The notes beneath the pieces are model-generated. The model made no database searches, was not told the DNA's origin, and worked only from the letters and a program-made list of their open reading frames with translations. A program made the position numbers and the translations under genes. Shown in pieces: positions 1 through 8,058 of a DNA stretch of 49,347 nt. The stretch comes from an uncultured Ignavibacteriota bacterium (GTDB taxonomy: Bacteria; Bacteroidota; Ignavibacteria; UBA10030; UBA8401). The stretch lies in assembly GCA_903958625.1 (NCBI GenBank), contig CAJBTU010000425.1:1-49347 (forward strand), given 5' to 3'. The stretch's first letter is position 1, and every line of letters starts with the position of its first letter.

Positions 1-1900
1 CCGATCTGGTGCTTCCTTTTCCTGTCTCCGATTCGACCTCGATAAATCCGCGATGATTTTCAACGATACCTTTCACCATCGCCAATCCCAGTCCGGAACC
101 GGTCCCCTCGCTTTTCGTAGAAAAGAATGGTTCATAAATTCTCTTCAGCACTTCCGGTTCCATTCCGACACCGTCATCAGACACCGAAATACAGATATAC
201 TCCCCTTGCTTTTCGCCATTTCCGCCAAAACTTATTCTTTTGGTACTCGTGGTCTCAATTACGATCGTTCCTTTTCCCTGAATGGCATCACGTGCATTCA
301 AGCAGAGGTTTAGCAATGCCTGATGCAGTTGATTATTGTCGGCACGAATGAGAGGAAGCTGTTCCGCCAAATGAGCATTGATGACGATCGAGGCAGGGAA
401 TGTCTGCTGAATAACATTGACAATCTCTGAAACCGGAACGTTCACCTGAGTGACGTCAAAATTCAATTCGGTTTTTTTCGCGAAGGTCAGCAGTTGTTTC
501 ACCAATGCTTTGCCCCGGTCGGTTGCTTTGGAAATCTGTTCGGCACTTTCCATCAATGATTTTTCATCAATATTTTTGAGAAAGAGCAGTTTGTTGATCG
601 CCGTTCCGATGATCCCGAGTATGTTCAGAATATCGTGTGCTATTCCGCTGGCCAGGGTACTGATGATCTCCTTTTTCTGGATATGAAGAATCTGCTGCTC
701 CAATTCCAGACGCTGCCGTTCATTTTTGACCCATGCCGAGATATCGCGAATAACAATCTGCACGGAATTTTTCTCCCGGTAAACCAACCGCGTGATGGTG
801 ATGTTGGCAATGAATTCACCAATGTCATGCCGATGAAATATAAAATCCGTCTGGACATTCAAAACAGATCCTGCAGAGACCTGTTCGATCATCTCTTTGA
901 ACTGTTTCGCTCGCTCTGGGATCATAAATTCATACAGGGCGCTGTTATGTATTGTCTCTTGTGCCTCCGCATGGAACATCTTCACCGCAGCGGGATTGAT
1001 GTAATAAAATATTCCATCCGAAAATACAATAATGGCATCCGGTGAAAGTTCAACAAGTGCTTTGTAGCGCTCTTCACTTTCACGCAGTGCCGATTCAGTC
1101 TTTTTGCGATGCAGTATCTCATCCTGAAGATCACGCGTGCGCTCATTCACTCTTTCTTCTAACGTGCGGTTCACAGATTGTATTTCCGTTTGCGCAGAGG
1201 CAAGTTCATCCACCATGGTGTTGAACGCCCGGCCCAGCCTATCGATCTCATAATAACCGGTCGGTTTCATATATAACGTGTAGTTGCGTTGAGAGATCTG
1301 TTGTACGGTGCTCACCATCTTGTCAATCGGTTTTGTCAGGATCACCGAAAGTATGTACACAAGAAATATTCCTGCTGCAAATACCATAAGACTGATCAGC
1401 GCAATGTTGTTCTTTGTCTCCTTCACCTCTGTGAATAAAGGATCAAGGGAATATCCAACATATATAAACCCCAACGTCGTCCCGTCAGATTCGATTGGTA
1501 CTTTTACCATCAAGGTTGAATAGTTGTCTGATACCGTACCTTTTTCCGTCGCATCCAAATATTTACACGTGACCGCAGAATCAATTTGATACGCGGCCAC
1601 TAACCGCTGTTCAGCATTACGAATGACAATGTAACGGATCTCCGGTACATGTTTGATTGGCTCAAATATTCTCGCAAATCCGTTTGAATCATTGCTATTC
1701 AGCAGCGACGATGCACTGACGGCAGAAACTTCCGCTATCGCAAAAGTTTTTTTTGTGACTGAAGAAAGTCTCTGTTCATAATACTTTTCGGGGAAATAGA
1801 GATAGATGAAGAGAGAAAGCGCAAACACACCCCCTGAGAAGAATACATACAAACGGAACCGAAGTGACGTTTGAAAATTAATGTGAAATCCTTTTTCCAT
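1..1900 (-). CDS. Membrane sensor histidine kinase (TM-HAMP-PAS-HisKA-HATPase), 3' end cut by the window edge
   Basis: Not in the ORF track; translated by hand. ATG at 1900 (MEKGFHINF...), in-frame stop immediately upstream. H-box LASGIAHDILNIL, N-box NLCLNARDA, G1 SDDGVGM, F-box EPFFSTK, G2 GTGSGLGL. Reading frame checked at both ends. Confidence 0.9.
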   Translation of the reverse strand, partial: MEKGFHINFQTSLRFRLYVFFSGGVFALSLFIYLYFPEKYYEQRLSSVTKKTFAIAEVSAVSASSLLNSNDSNGFARIFEPIKHVPEIRYIVIRNAEQRLVAAYQIDSAVTCKYLDATEKGTVSDNYSTLMVKVPIESDGTTLGFIYVGYSLDPLFTEVKETKNNIALISLMVFAAGIFLVYILSVILTKPIDKMVSTVQQISQRNYTLYMKPTGYYEIDRLGRAFNTMVDELASAQTEIQSVNRTLEERVNERTRDLQDEILHRKKTESALRESEERYKALVELSPDAIIVFSDGIFYYINPAAVKMFHAEAQETIHNSALYEFMIPERAKQFKEMIEQVSAGSVLNVQTDFIFHRHDIGEFIANITITRLVYREKNSVQIVIRDISAWVKNERQRLELEQQILHIQKKEIISTLASGIAHDILNILGIIGTAINKLLFLKNIDEKSLMESAEQISKATDRGKALVKQLLTFAKKTELNFDVTQVNVPVSEIVNVIQQTFPASIVINAHLAEQLPLIRADNNQLHQALLNLCLNARDAIQGKGTIVIETTSTKRISFGGNGEKQGEYICISVSDDGVGMEPEVLKRIYEPFFSTKSEGTGSGLGLAMVKGIVENHRGFIEVESETGKGSTRS

Positions 1901-1935
1901 TCAATAGTTCTCTCTACACGAAGCTGCATGAACTA

Positions 1936-1953
1936 GAAATGACCGGTAATTTC
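1936..1953. promoter_or_regulatory. Imperfect 18-bp palindrome, candidate operator between divergent kinase and GH9 genes
   Basis: GAAATGACCGGTAATTTC versus its reverse complement GAAATTACCGGTCATTTC (16/18 symmetric). Confidence 0.3.
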
Positions 1954-2019
1954 ATTTTGCTTTTGGTGAATTGATTCTCCATTTTCTTGTAAGTTCTCAA
2001 ATATTTTCAGGTCAAACAA

Positions 2020-4479
2020 ATGAAAAATGCGATCTTTCTTTTATTATTCCTTTCCGGAACTCTTCCCGCGCAACAATGGATCCGGGTCAACCAGCTGGGA
2101 TATTCTCTCCATACGCATAAAACTGCCGTTTTGATCTCCAAAGAGTCTCTTTTCACTCCCCTCTCATTCGAAATCCGGGATGCCTTGACCGACCAGGTGC
2201 TCGAACAGTCGAACAAGATAACAAGTTATGGTCCTTATGGTCCGTTTCTCTCCACGTTCCGGCTGGATTTTTCTCATTTCACCCGATCAGGCTCGTTTTA
2301 TCTGTCCGCAGGAAATATTCTCTCCCCGGTCTTCAGGATCTCCAATACTCCATACAACGGCACTTCAGATTTTCTCCTTAAATACATGCGCCAGCAGAGA
2401 AGCAGATACAATCCGTATTTAATGGATTCGTGTCATACCAGCGACGGATTCATCATTTATCACCCCGTTCTGGACTCCACACACATTGATGCTTCTGGAG
2501 GATGGCACGATGCGTCTGATTATCTTCAATACGTCACCACATCGGCAACAGCCGTCTATCAGATGCTGTTCGCCTATCAGCAGAATCCGGATGCGTTCAG
2601 AGATGAATATGAGGCAAACGGCCTGAAAGGGAAAAATGGAATTCCCGACATCCTTGATGAAGCAAAGTGGGGACTTGATTGGCTGTTAAAGATGAATCCT
2701 CAGCCGGAGATGTACTTCAATCAGATCGCCGACGACAGAGACCACCGCGGATTTCGTTTGCCAACGGAAGACACTGTCAATTACGGCAAAGGAAAAGAAC
2801 GCCCTGTTTATTTCATTAATGGACTGCCGCAGGGAATTTACCAATATAAGAACAGAACAACCGGTGCTTCTTCTACTGTGGCAAAATTTTCTTCATCATT
2901 TTCTCTTGGTGCAGATCTTCTGAAACATTACTATCCCGCCTTTGCATTAGAGCTTCGTCGTAGATCCGTTGATGCTTATGACTTCGCTAAGAAATATCCC
3001 GGCGTTTCCCAAACAGCCCCCTGCCGCGCACCATATTTTTACGAAGAGGATAATTGGGTTGATGATATGGAACTGGCAGCAGCACAGTTATTTATCCGAT
3101 CTGGAGACAAAAAATATTTGAACGATGCCGTAACGTTCGGAGCCATGGAACCGGTGACACCATGGCTTGGTGCCGACACAGCCCGGCACTATCAATGGTA
3201 TCCATTTGTCAACCTTGGACATTTTTTGATCGCGCGAGATTCAAAGGAACACTCACGTCAATTTATAACACATATGCGCGAAGGGATTGAAAAGATCTAT
3301 CAAAAAGGAAAAACCAATGCTTTCAATTTCGGCGTTCCGTTTATTTGGTGTTCCAATAATCTTGTCAGTTCGTTGTTAACGCAAATGTATCTTTACCGGA
3401 CGTTGACGAAAGATGAATCCTATATCGAGATGGAATCATCACTGCGCGATTGGCTGTTCGGGTGCAATCCATGGGGAACAAGCATGGTCGTCGGTCTGCC
3501 TGCATACGGTGATACGCCGTCGGATCCCCACTCGGCATTTACGCACGTTTACAATTTTCCGATCAGCGGCGGACTTGTTGACGGTCCGGTGCGAGCAACA
3601 ATTTTTGATCAGCATAAAAAATATATCCGTCTCACGAAAGCCGATCCGTACGCTGAGTTTCAGTCCGCACTTGCCGTCTATCATGACGATTGGGGCGACT
3701 ATACGAACAACGAACCGACAATGGACGGAACCGCCGGTTTGACGATGTATCTCTCTTCGCTGGAGAAGAAAGAACAAAAGAGTGAACAGCCGTCAGTGGT
3801 CCGGTTTGGCGGCATCATACGATTCGATACAACCAAGAAGAATATATACCTTCTCTTTACCGGACATGAATTTGCAGATGGCGGTCCGACGATCCTGAGA
3901 ACACTTCGCAAACACAATATTAAAGGTTCATTCTTTTTTACCGGAGATTTTTACCGTAACAAGAATTTTACTCCGATCATAAAACAATTGAAGAAGGAAG
4001 ATCATTATCTCGGCGCGCATTCCGGGAAGCATTTGCTCTATGCACCGTGGGTAAAACGCGATTCATTGCTTGTGGATAAGAATACGTTCGTTGACGATTT
4101 GAAGGATAATTATAAGGAAATGAACAAATTTGGGATACGTTCAACGGATGCAAAATATTTTCTTCCGCCGTATGAGTGGTACAACCAGACAATTTCAGAC
4201 TGGACGAATTACTATGGCCTGGAGCTTGTAAATTTTTCTTCTGGAACTTCTTCGAATGCGGATTATACAACGCCTGACATGGCGAATTATATACCGTCGG
4301 ATTCCATTGTTACGCGGATTCTGCGGTATGAGTCAGCATCAACAACCGGCTTAAATGGTTTCCTGCTTTTGTCTCACATTGGCACAAGTGAACTACGGAC
4401 AAAAAAGTTCTACAATAGATTGGATGAAGTGATTGTTGAGCTGAAAAGACGGGGATATTCGTTCAAGAAATTACAATAA
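2020..4479 (+). CDS. Secreted glycoside hydrolase family 9 fused to a C-terminal polysaccharide deacetylase (CE4/NodB-like) domain
   Basis: Signal peptide; GH9 motifs DASGGWHDASDY and C-terminal DYTNNEPTMDG; CE4-like motifs FTGHEFADG, HSGKH, FLPPYE, LSHIG. Confidence 0.85.
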   Translation: MKNAIFLLLFLSGTLPAQQWIRVNQLGYSLHTHKTAVLISKESLFTPLSFEIRDALTDQVLEQSNKITSYGPYGPFLSTFRLDFSHFTRSGSFYLSAGNILSPVFRISNTPYNGTSDFLLKYMRQQRSRYNPYLMDSCHTSDGFIIYHPVLDSTHIDASGGWHDASDYLQYVTTSATAVYQMLFAYQQNPDAFRDEYEANGLKGKNGIPDILDEAKWGLDWLLKMNPQPEMYFNQIADDRDHRGFRLPTEDTVNYGKGKERPVYFINGLPQGIYQYKNRTTGASSTVAKFSSSFSLGADLLKHYYPAFALELRRRSVDAYDFAKKYPGVSQTAPCRAPYFYEEDNWVDDMELAAAQLFIRSGDKKYLNDAVTFGAMEPVTPWLGADTARHYQWYPFVNLGHFLIARDSKEHSRQFITHMREGIEKIYQKGKTNAFNFGVPFIWCSNNLVSSLLTQMYLYRTLTKDESYIEMESSLRDWLFGCNPWGTSMVVGLPAYGDTPSDPHSAFTHVYNFPISGGLVDGPVRATIFDQHKKYIRLTKADPYAEFQSALAVYHDDWGDYTNNEPTMDGTAGLTMYLSSLEKKEQKSEQPSVVRFGGIIRFDTTKKNIYLLFTGHEFADGGPTILRTLRKHNIKGSFFFTGDFYRNKNFTPIIKQLKKEDHYLGAHSGKHLLYAPWVKRDSLLVDKNTFVDDLKDNYKEMNKFGIRSTDAKYFLPPYEWYNQTISDWTNYYGLELVNFSSGTSSNADYTTPDMANYIPSDSIVTRILRYESASTTGLNGFLLLSHIGTSELRTKKFYNRLDEVIVELKRRGYSFKKLQ

Positions 4480-4562
4480 GTAGCAACTGCCGGCAATCTT
4501 CCGCGGGGAATTATTTTACTGAATTACTGATGTTACGCAAAAAGTACGAGAGTAGTAAAGAA

Positions 4563-4676
4563 TGGTTCGACGCGGCACAACAACCATGTTCATCCTGAGC
4601 AAATGCCGATGTTGTTTATCGGCATGCGCCGAAGGATGAACTAAGATATTAATGTTGCGCCTTGCTCACCATGAAC
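4563..4676. repeat. Nested REP-like palindromic element
   Basis: Outer TGGTTCGAC-GC-[GGCACAACA...TGTTGCGCC]-TT-GCTCACCATGAAC. Inner (4588-4641, opposite orientation) GTTCATCCTGAGC-AA-[ATGCCGAT-7nt-ATCGGCAT]-GC-GCCGAAGGATGAAC. Lies between convergent genes. Confidence 0.75.
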
Positions 4677-4681
4677 AGTAT

Positions 4682-5026
4682 TTATGATTTGTGTAACATT
4701 ACTGAATAATCCATTTCCCGTAATTTTTTCGATACATTGGCGCGCTGGTCCCCCTGGATCTCGATCATTCCGTTCTTCACCGTCCCTCCTGCTCCGCAAT
4801 GCTGTTTTAAAATGCGGGCGATCTCTTCGAGCGTGTCCGGATTATGCTGGAGTCCTGATACAACGGTAACGCTCTTTCCTTTCCTGCCGGCAGTTTCCAG
4901 CGAAACGCGGACAGCATTTCCCTTTCCGGAGTGCGTTTTTTTCACTTCCGTCTTCTCTTCGCGGTGTTTTACCCGTTCGGATTCGGAGAGCAATTGTTCA
5001 AGATCCGATAATGACTGGAATTTCAT
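4682..5026 (-). CDS. yciH: Translation initiation factor SUI1/YciH family protein (114 aa)
   Basis: VRVSLETAGRKGKSVTVVSG and CGAGGTVKNGMIEIQGD SUI1 motifs. Start reassigned to ATG 5026, which overlaps the hrpB stop (ATGA). Confidence 0.88.
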   Translation of the reverse strand: MKFQSLSDLEQLLSESERVKHREEKTEVKKTHSGKGNAVRVSLETAGRKGKSVTVVSGLQHNPDTLEEIARILKQHCGAGGTVKNGMIEIQGDQRANVSKKLREMDYSVMLHKS

Positions 5027-7512
5027 TTCGCTTTTCCTTCCATTGCTCTTTTTGTTCTTCTCGTTGGTTCCGCTTCTAGCGGATTTTCCGGCCAAAAATG
5101 TTTAGGATATTGTCCCCGCATATCTTTTCGAACTTCAACATACGCATTCTTCCAAAAACTTGGAAGATCCTGCGTTACGGCAATCGGTCTGCGCGCTGGT
5201 GACAGGAGATGCAGGAGGACTTTTACTCGCCCTCCGCCTACGGTCGGTGTTTTCGTCTCTCCGAACATTTCCTGCAGGCGGACAGCAAGCACCGGCTGAT
5301 CTGTGCTATAGTCTATCGGTATGGACGATCCGGTAGGAACGGTAAGATGTGCCGGTGCCAGACGGTCAAGTTCTTGTAATTGTCCATAACTGAACATAGA
5401 GCGGACAATGTCATTCATATTTAATTTTGCAAGTTGAGAACGGCGGTAAATACCGTCGAGAAAAGGAGCAAGCCAATTCTCCAACGTTAAGGTCAAATGC
5501 TCGTCGGACAGATCGATCCAGTTGCTGACAATACTATTTCTCCGCAGCCACTCACTCCGTGTGCGTAATAAGAGTGATTCGCTGTTCCACGGTAATGCGG
5601 AACAACCGTAGCGTTGTATGGCACTCAGCATTATTTTTTTTGTTTCCACTATTCCCGGTAAGAATATTTTTTCCGCGATCTCCAGTGAGCCGAAAGTCGT
5701 AACACTTCGCGCAACAACGGATTCATCCTTTTCATCCCACACGATCTCTTTCTTCGTTTCAATTTGATCGGCAAAGAGTTCCAGGATATCTTTTTTCGAA
5801 ATCGATTCAGCAAGAAAGATCTTAATATCGCTTCCCGCGCCGTCAACCTCCCCGACGGCAAGATATTCCTCTTTTGAAAGCATGCTTCCTTTGGGAAGCG
5901 AAGCTGCCATATTTCCGGCAAGCTGATACCGTTCGCCCGATTTTCTTTTTGCTACTCTTTCCGGATAGGCCAAAGCAAGGAGTAGACCGAGAGACTCATA
6001 CTGCGCTTTTACCGTACGTTTCTTCAGTCCCATAAATTGCATCAATCGTTTGGATTGTTCACGCATCCTCTGCAAAGAATACCCGTCGGATACTTTTCCC
6101 TCATTCATTGCAGCGTAACGGGAATACAGATCGATATCGGCATCATTCTTACCGCGAAGAATATCCCGTTCATCAAGCAACGCCGCCACGTCGCAAGCAA
6201 GTTCGCCGAGCATCCGTTCATTTCCTTTGATCAGCATATGAGCAAACCGCGGGTGGACGGGAATGGCACTCATCATTTTCCCGTGTCCGGTCAGAATTCC
6301 GTTTTTATCCAAAGCACCAAGGTACCGCAGCAATTCCCGCGCTTGTGCAAGATGCGATGACGGCGGCCGGTCAAGAAATTTCAGCGTACGTCCGTCGCCG
6401 TCCCCCCACCGTGCAAGTTCCATGGCGAGCGGCGCAAGATCGGCCGCAACTATTTCCGGCGGAGAATATTTTGCAAGATTCACCTGCCGGGATTCCATCC
6501 AAAGGCGATAGCATACGCCGGGTTGCTGTCTGCCGGCGCGCCCTTTGCGCTGATCGGCTGATGCCTGAGAGACAGGAACCGTTACAAGACCGGACATTCC
6601 CCGGCGCGCATCAAAGATGGCGCTTCTCGACAATCCCGAATCGATGACGACGCGGACACCTTCAATGGTCAGACTGGTTTCTGCGATATTGGTGGAAAGA
6701 ATGATCTTTCGTTTTCCGTACGGAGCAGGATTGAGTGCCGAACGCTGTTTTTCGGGTGATGCTTCTCCAAAGAGTAAATGGATGAGCACATTTGGGGGAA
6801 GTTCTTTTTTGAGAAGAAGTGTTTCTACTTTTCGAATCTCGCGCTGACCGGGGAGAAAAACAAGGAGATCACCTTCGTCCTCCCGTAATGACCGTGCGAT
6901 AATATTGACAACAAGCGGTTCAATTGCGCCGTCGTGTGTTTGTGACAGATAGTGAACACTGACAGGAAAACTTCTTCCTTCGCTTTTGATGACCGGACAA
7001 TCACCCATTAATGTTGAAACAGCCGTACCGTCGATGGTTGCCGACATCACAAGAATCTTCAGATCATTTCGAAGTTGTTCCTGAACATCAAGGGTCAGTG
7101 CAAGACCAAGATCGGCATGGATGCTCCGTTCATGAAATTCGTCAAAGATCACCATCCCAACGTCTGTCAGCGAAGCATCTTCCTGGAGCATTCTTGTCAG
7201 GATCCCTTCCGTCACGACTTCCAGTCTGGTATTTTCCCCTACCCTGCTTTCTCCCCGAATTCGGTATCCTATCGTTCCGCCGGATTGTTCTCCACGCTGT
7301 TCAGCCATATATTCTGCAGACCGGATGGCCGCAAGTCTGCGCGGTTCAAGCATGATAATTTTTTTACCGCCAAGCCATTGTTCATCCATCAATGAGACCG
7401 GAACGCGCGTTGTCTTTCCCCCACCCGGTTCTGCCGAAAGAACCACATTGGTGTTCTGTTCAACAGCGGATAGCAATTGCGGCAGGACGATATCTATTGG
7501 AAGTGGTTTCAC
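5023..7512 (-). CDS. hrpB: ATP-dependent RNA helicase HrpB
   Basis: Walker A AEPGGGKTT, DEFHER (DExH), SAT, TNIAETSLTI, QRKGRAGR, HrpB-type C-terminus LLSPARRP...YPKHFWP. Confidence 0.95.
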   Translation of the reverse strand: MKPLPIDIVLPQLLSAVEQNTNVVLSAEPGGGKTTRVPVSLMDEQWLGGKKIIMLEPRRLAAIRSAEYMAEQRGEQSGGTIGYRIRGESRVGENTRLEVVTEGILTRMLQEDASLTDVGMVIFDEFHERSIHADLGLALTLDVQEQLRNDLKILVMSATIDGTAVSTLMGDCPVIKSEGRSFPVSVHYLSQTHDGAIEPLVVNIIARSLREDEGDLLVFLPGQREIRKVETLLLKKELPPNVLIHLLFGEASPEKQRSALNPAPYGKRKIILSTNIAETSLTIEGVRVVIDSGLSRSAIFDARRGMSGLVTVPVSQASADQRKGRAGRQQPGVCYRLWMESRQVNLAKYSPPEIVAADLAPLAMELARWGDGDGRTLKFLDRPPSSHLAQARELLRYLGALDKNGILTGHGKMMSAIPVHPRFAHMLIKGNERMLGELACDVAALLDERDILRGKNDADIDLYSRYAAMNEGKVSDGYSLQRMREQSKRLMQFMGLKKRTVKAQYESLGLLLALAYPERVAKRKSGERYQLAGNMAASLPKGSMLSKEEYLAVGEVDGAGSDIKIFLAESISKKDILELFADQIETKKEIVWDEKDESVVARSVTTFGSLEIAEKIFLPGIVETKKIMLSAIQRYGCSALPWNSESLLLRTRSEWLRRNSIVSNWIDLSDEHLTLTLENWLAPFLDGIYRRSQLAKLNMNDIVRSMFSYGQLQELDRLAPAHLTVPTGSSIPIDYSTDQPVLAVRLQEMFGETKTPTVGGGRVKVLLHLLSPARRPIAVTQDLPSFWKNAYVEVRKDMRGQYPKHFWPENPLEAEPTRRTKRAMEGKAK

Positions 7513-7570
7513 GGATAAAAGATAGGGATTTTTTTAGAATCAAAACAAATGGTATGCTTGCCGGAGGAAC

Positions 7571-7596
7571 AAAAAAAATCCTGCCAAAGGCAGGAT
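7571..7596 (-). terminator. Intrinsic terminator downstream of the RRM gene
   Basis: ATCCTGCC-TTT-GGCAGGAT followed by a T-run on the minus strand. Confidence 0.8.
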
Positions 7597-7622
7597 CGTT
7601 GTTTCGTATTTTTCCGGATCGG

Positions 7623-7934
7623 TTAGTACCGACGATTTCCACCGCCGCCGCCGCTGCGTCCACCGCCAAAACCACCGCGTGACGAATTTTCCGTCTTCGG
7701 GCGCGCTTCATTCACATCCATCGTACGGCCCATGAATTCTTTTCCGTGCAAAGCAGCAATAGCAGCTTCACCATCCTGTTTTTTCATGAACTCTACGAAA
7801 CCAAAACCTTTGGAAACATTGTTCGAACGATCACGAATGACCGTTACTTCACCCAGGTCACCATACGATTGAAATGCTTCCTGTAAATTTTCTTTTGTTA
7901 CTTCCCGATCCAAATTGCCAACGTAAAGTTTCAC
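7623..7934 (-). CDS. Single-RRM RNA-binding protein with Gly/Arg-rich tail
   Basis: RNP2 KLYVGNL, RNP1 KGFGFVEF, GGRSGGGGG tail; GTG start with AGGAG upstream. Confidence 0.93.
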   Translation of the reverse strand: MKLYVGNLDREVTKENLQEAFQSYGDLGEVTVIRDRSNNVSKGFGFVEFMKKQDGEAAIAALHGKEFMGRTMDVNEARPKTENSSRGGFGGGRSGGGGGNRRY

Positions 7935-8058
7935 TCTGAACTCCTAATGATATTGAATAAAAGAACATCTTCTTACTGTAACAAAGTACTATTAATAACT
8001 ACAGTAACCTATAACTCTTTTTACGGTAATTGCTCAGCATATTTCAACAAACAAAATT

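Noticed and set aside
1-7. Odd kinase C-terminus GKGSTRS
   Set aside because: The first 7 nt, CCGATCT, equal the end of the Illumina adapter (AGATCGG on the minus strand) and replace the expected GSTF residues. This is probably an adapter remnant at a contig end, not biology.
7976-8004. CTGT...ACAG upstream of the RRM gene as an SOS box
   Set aside because: The spacer is 21 nt, not 8.
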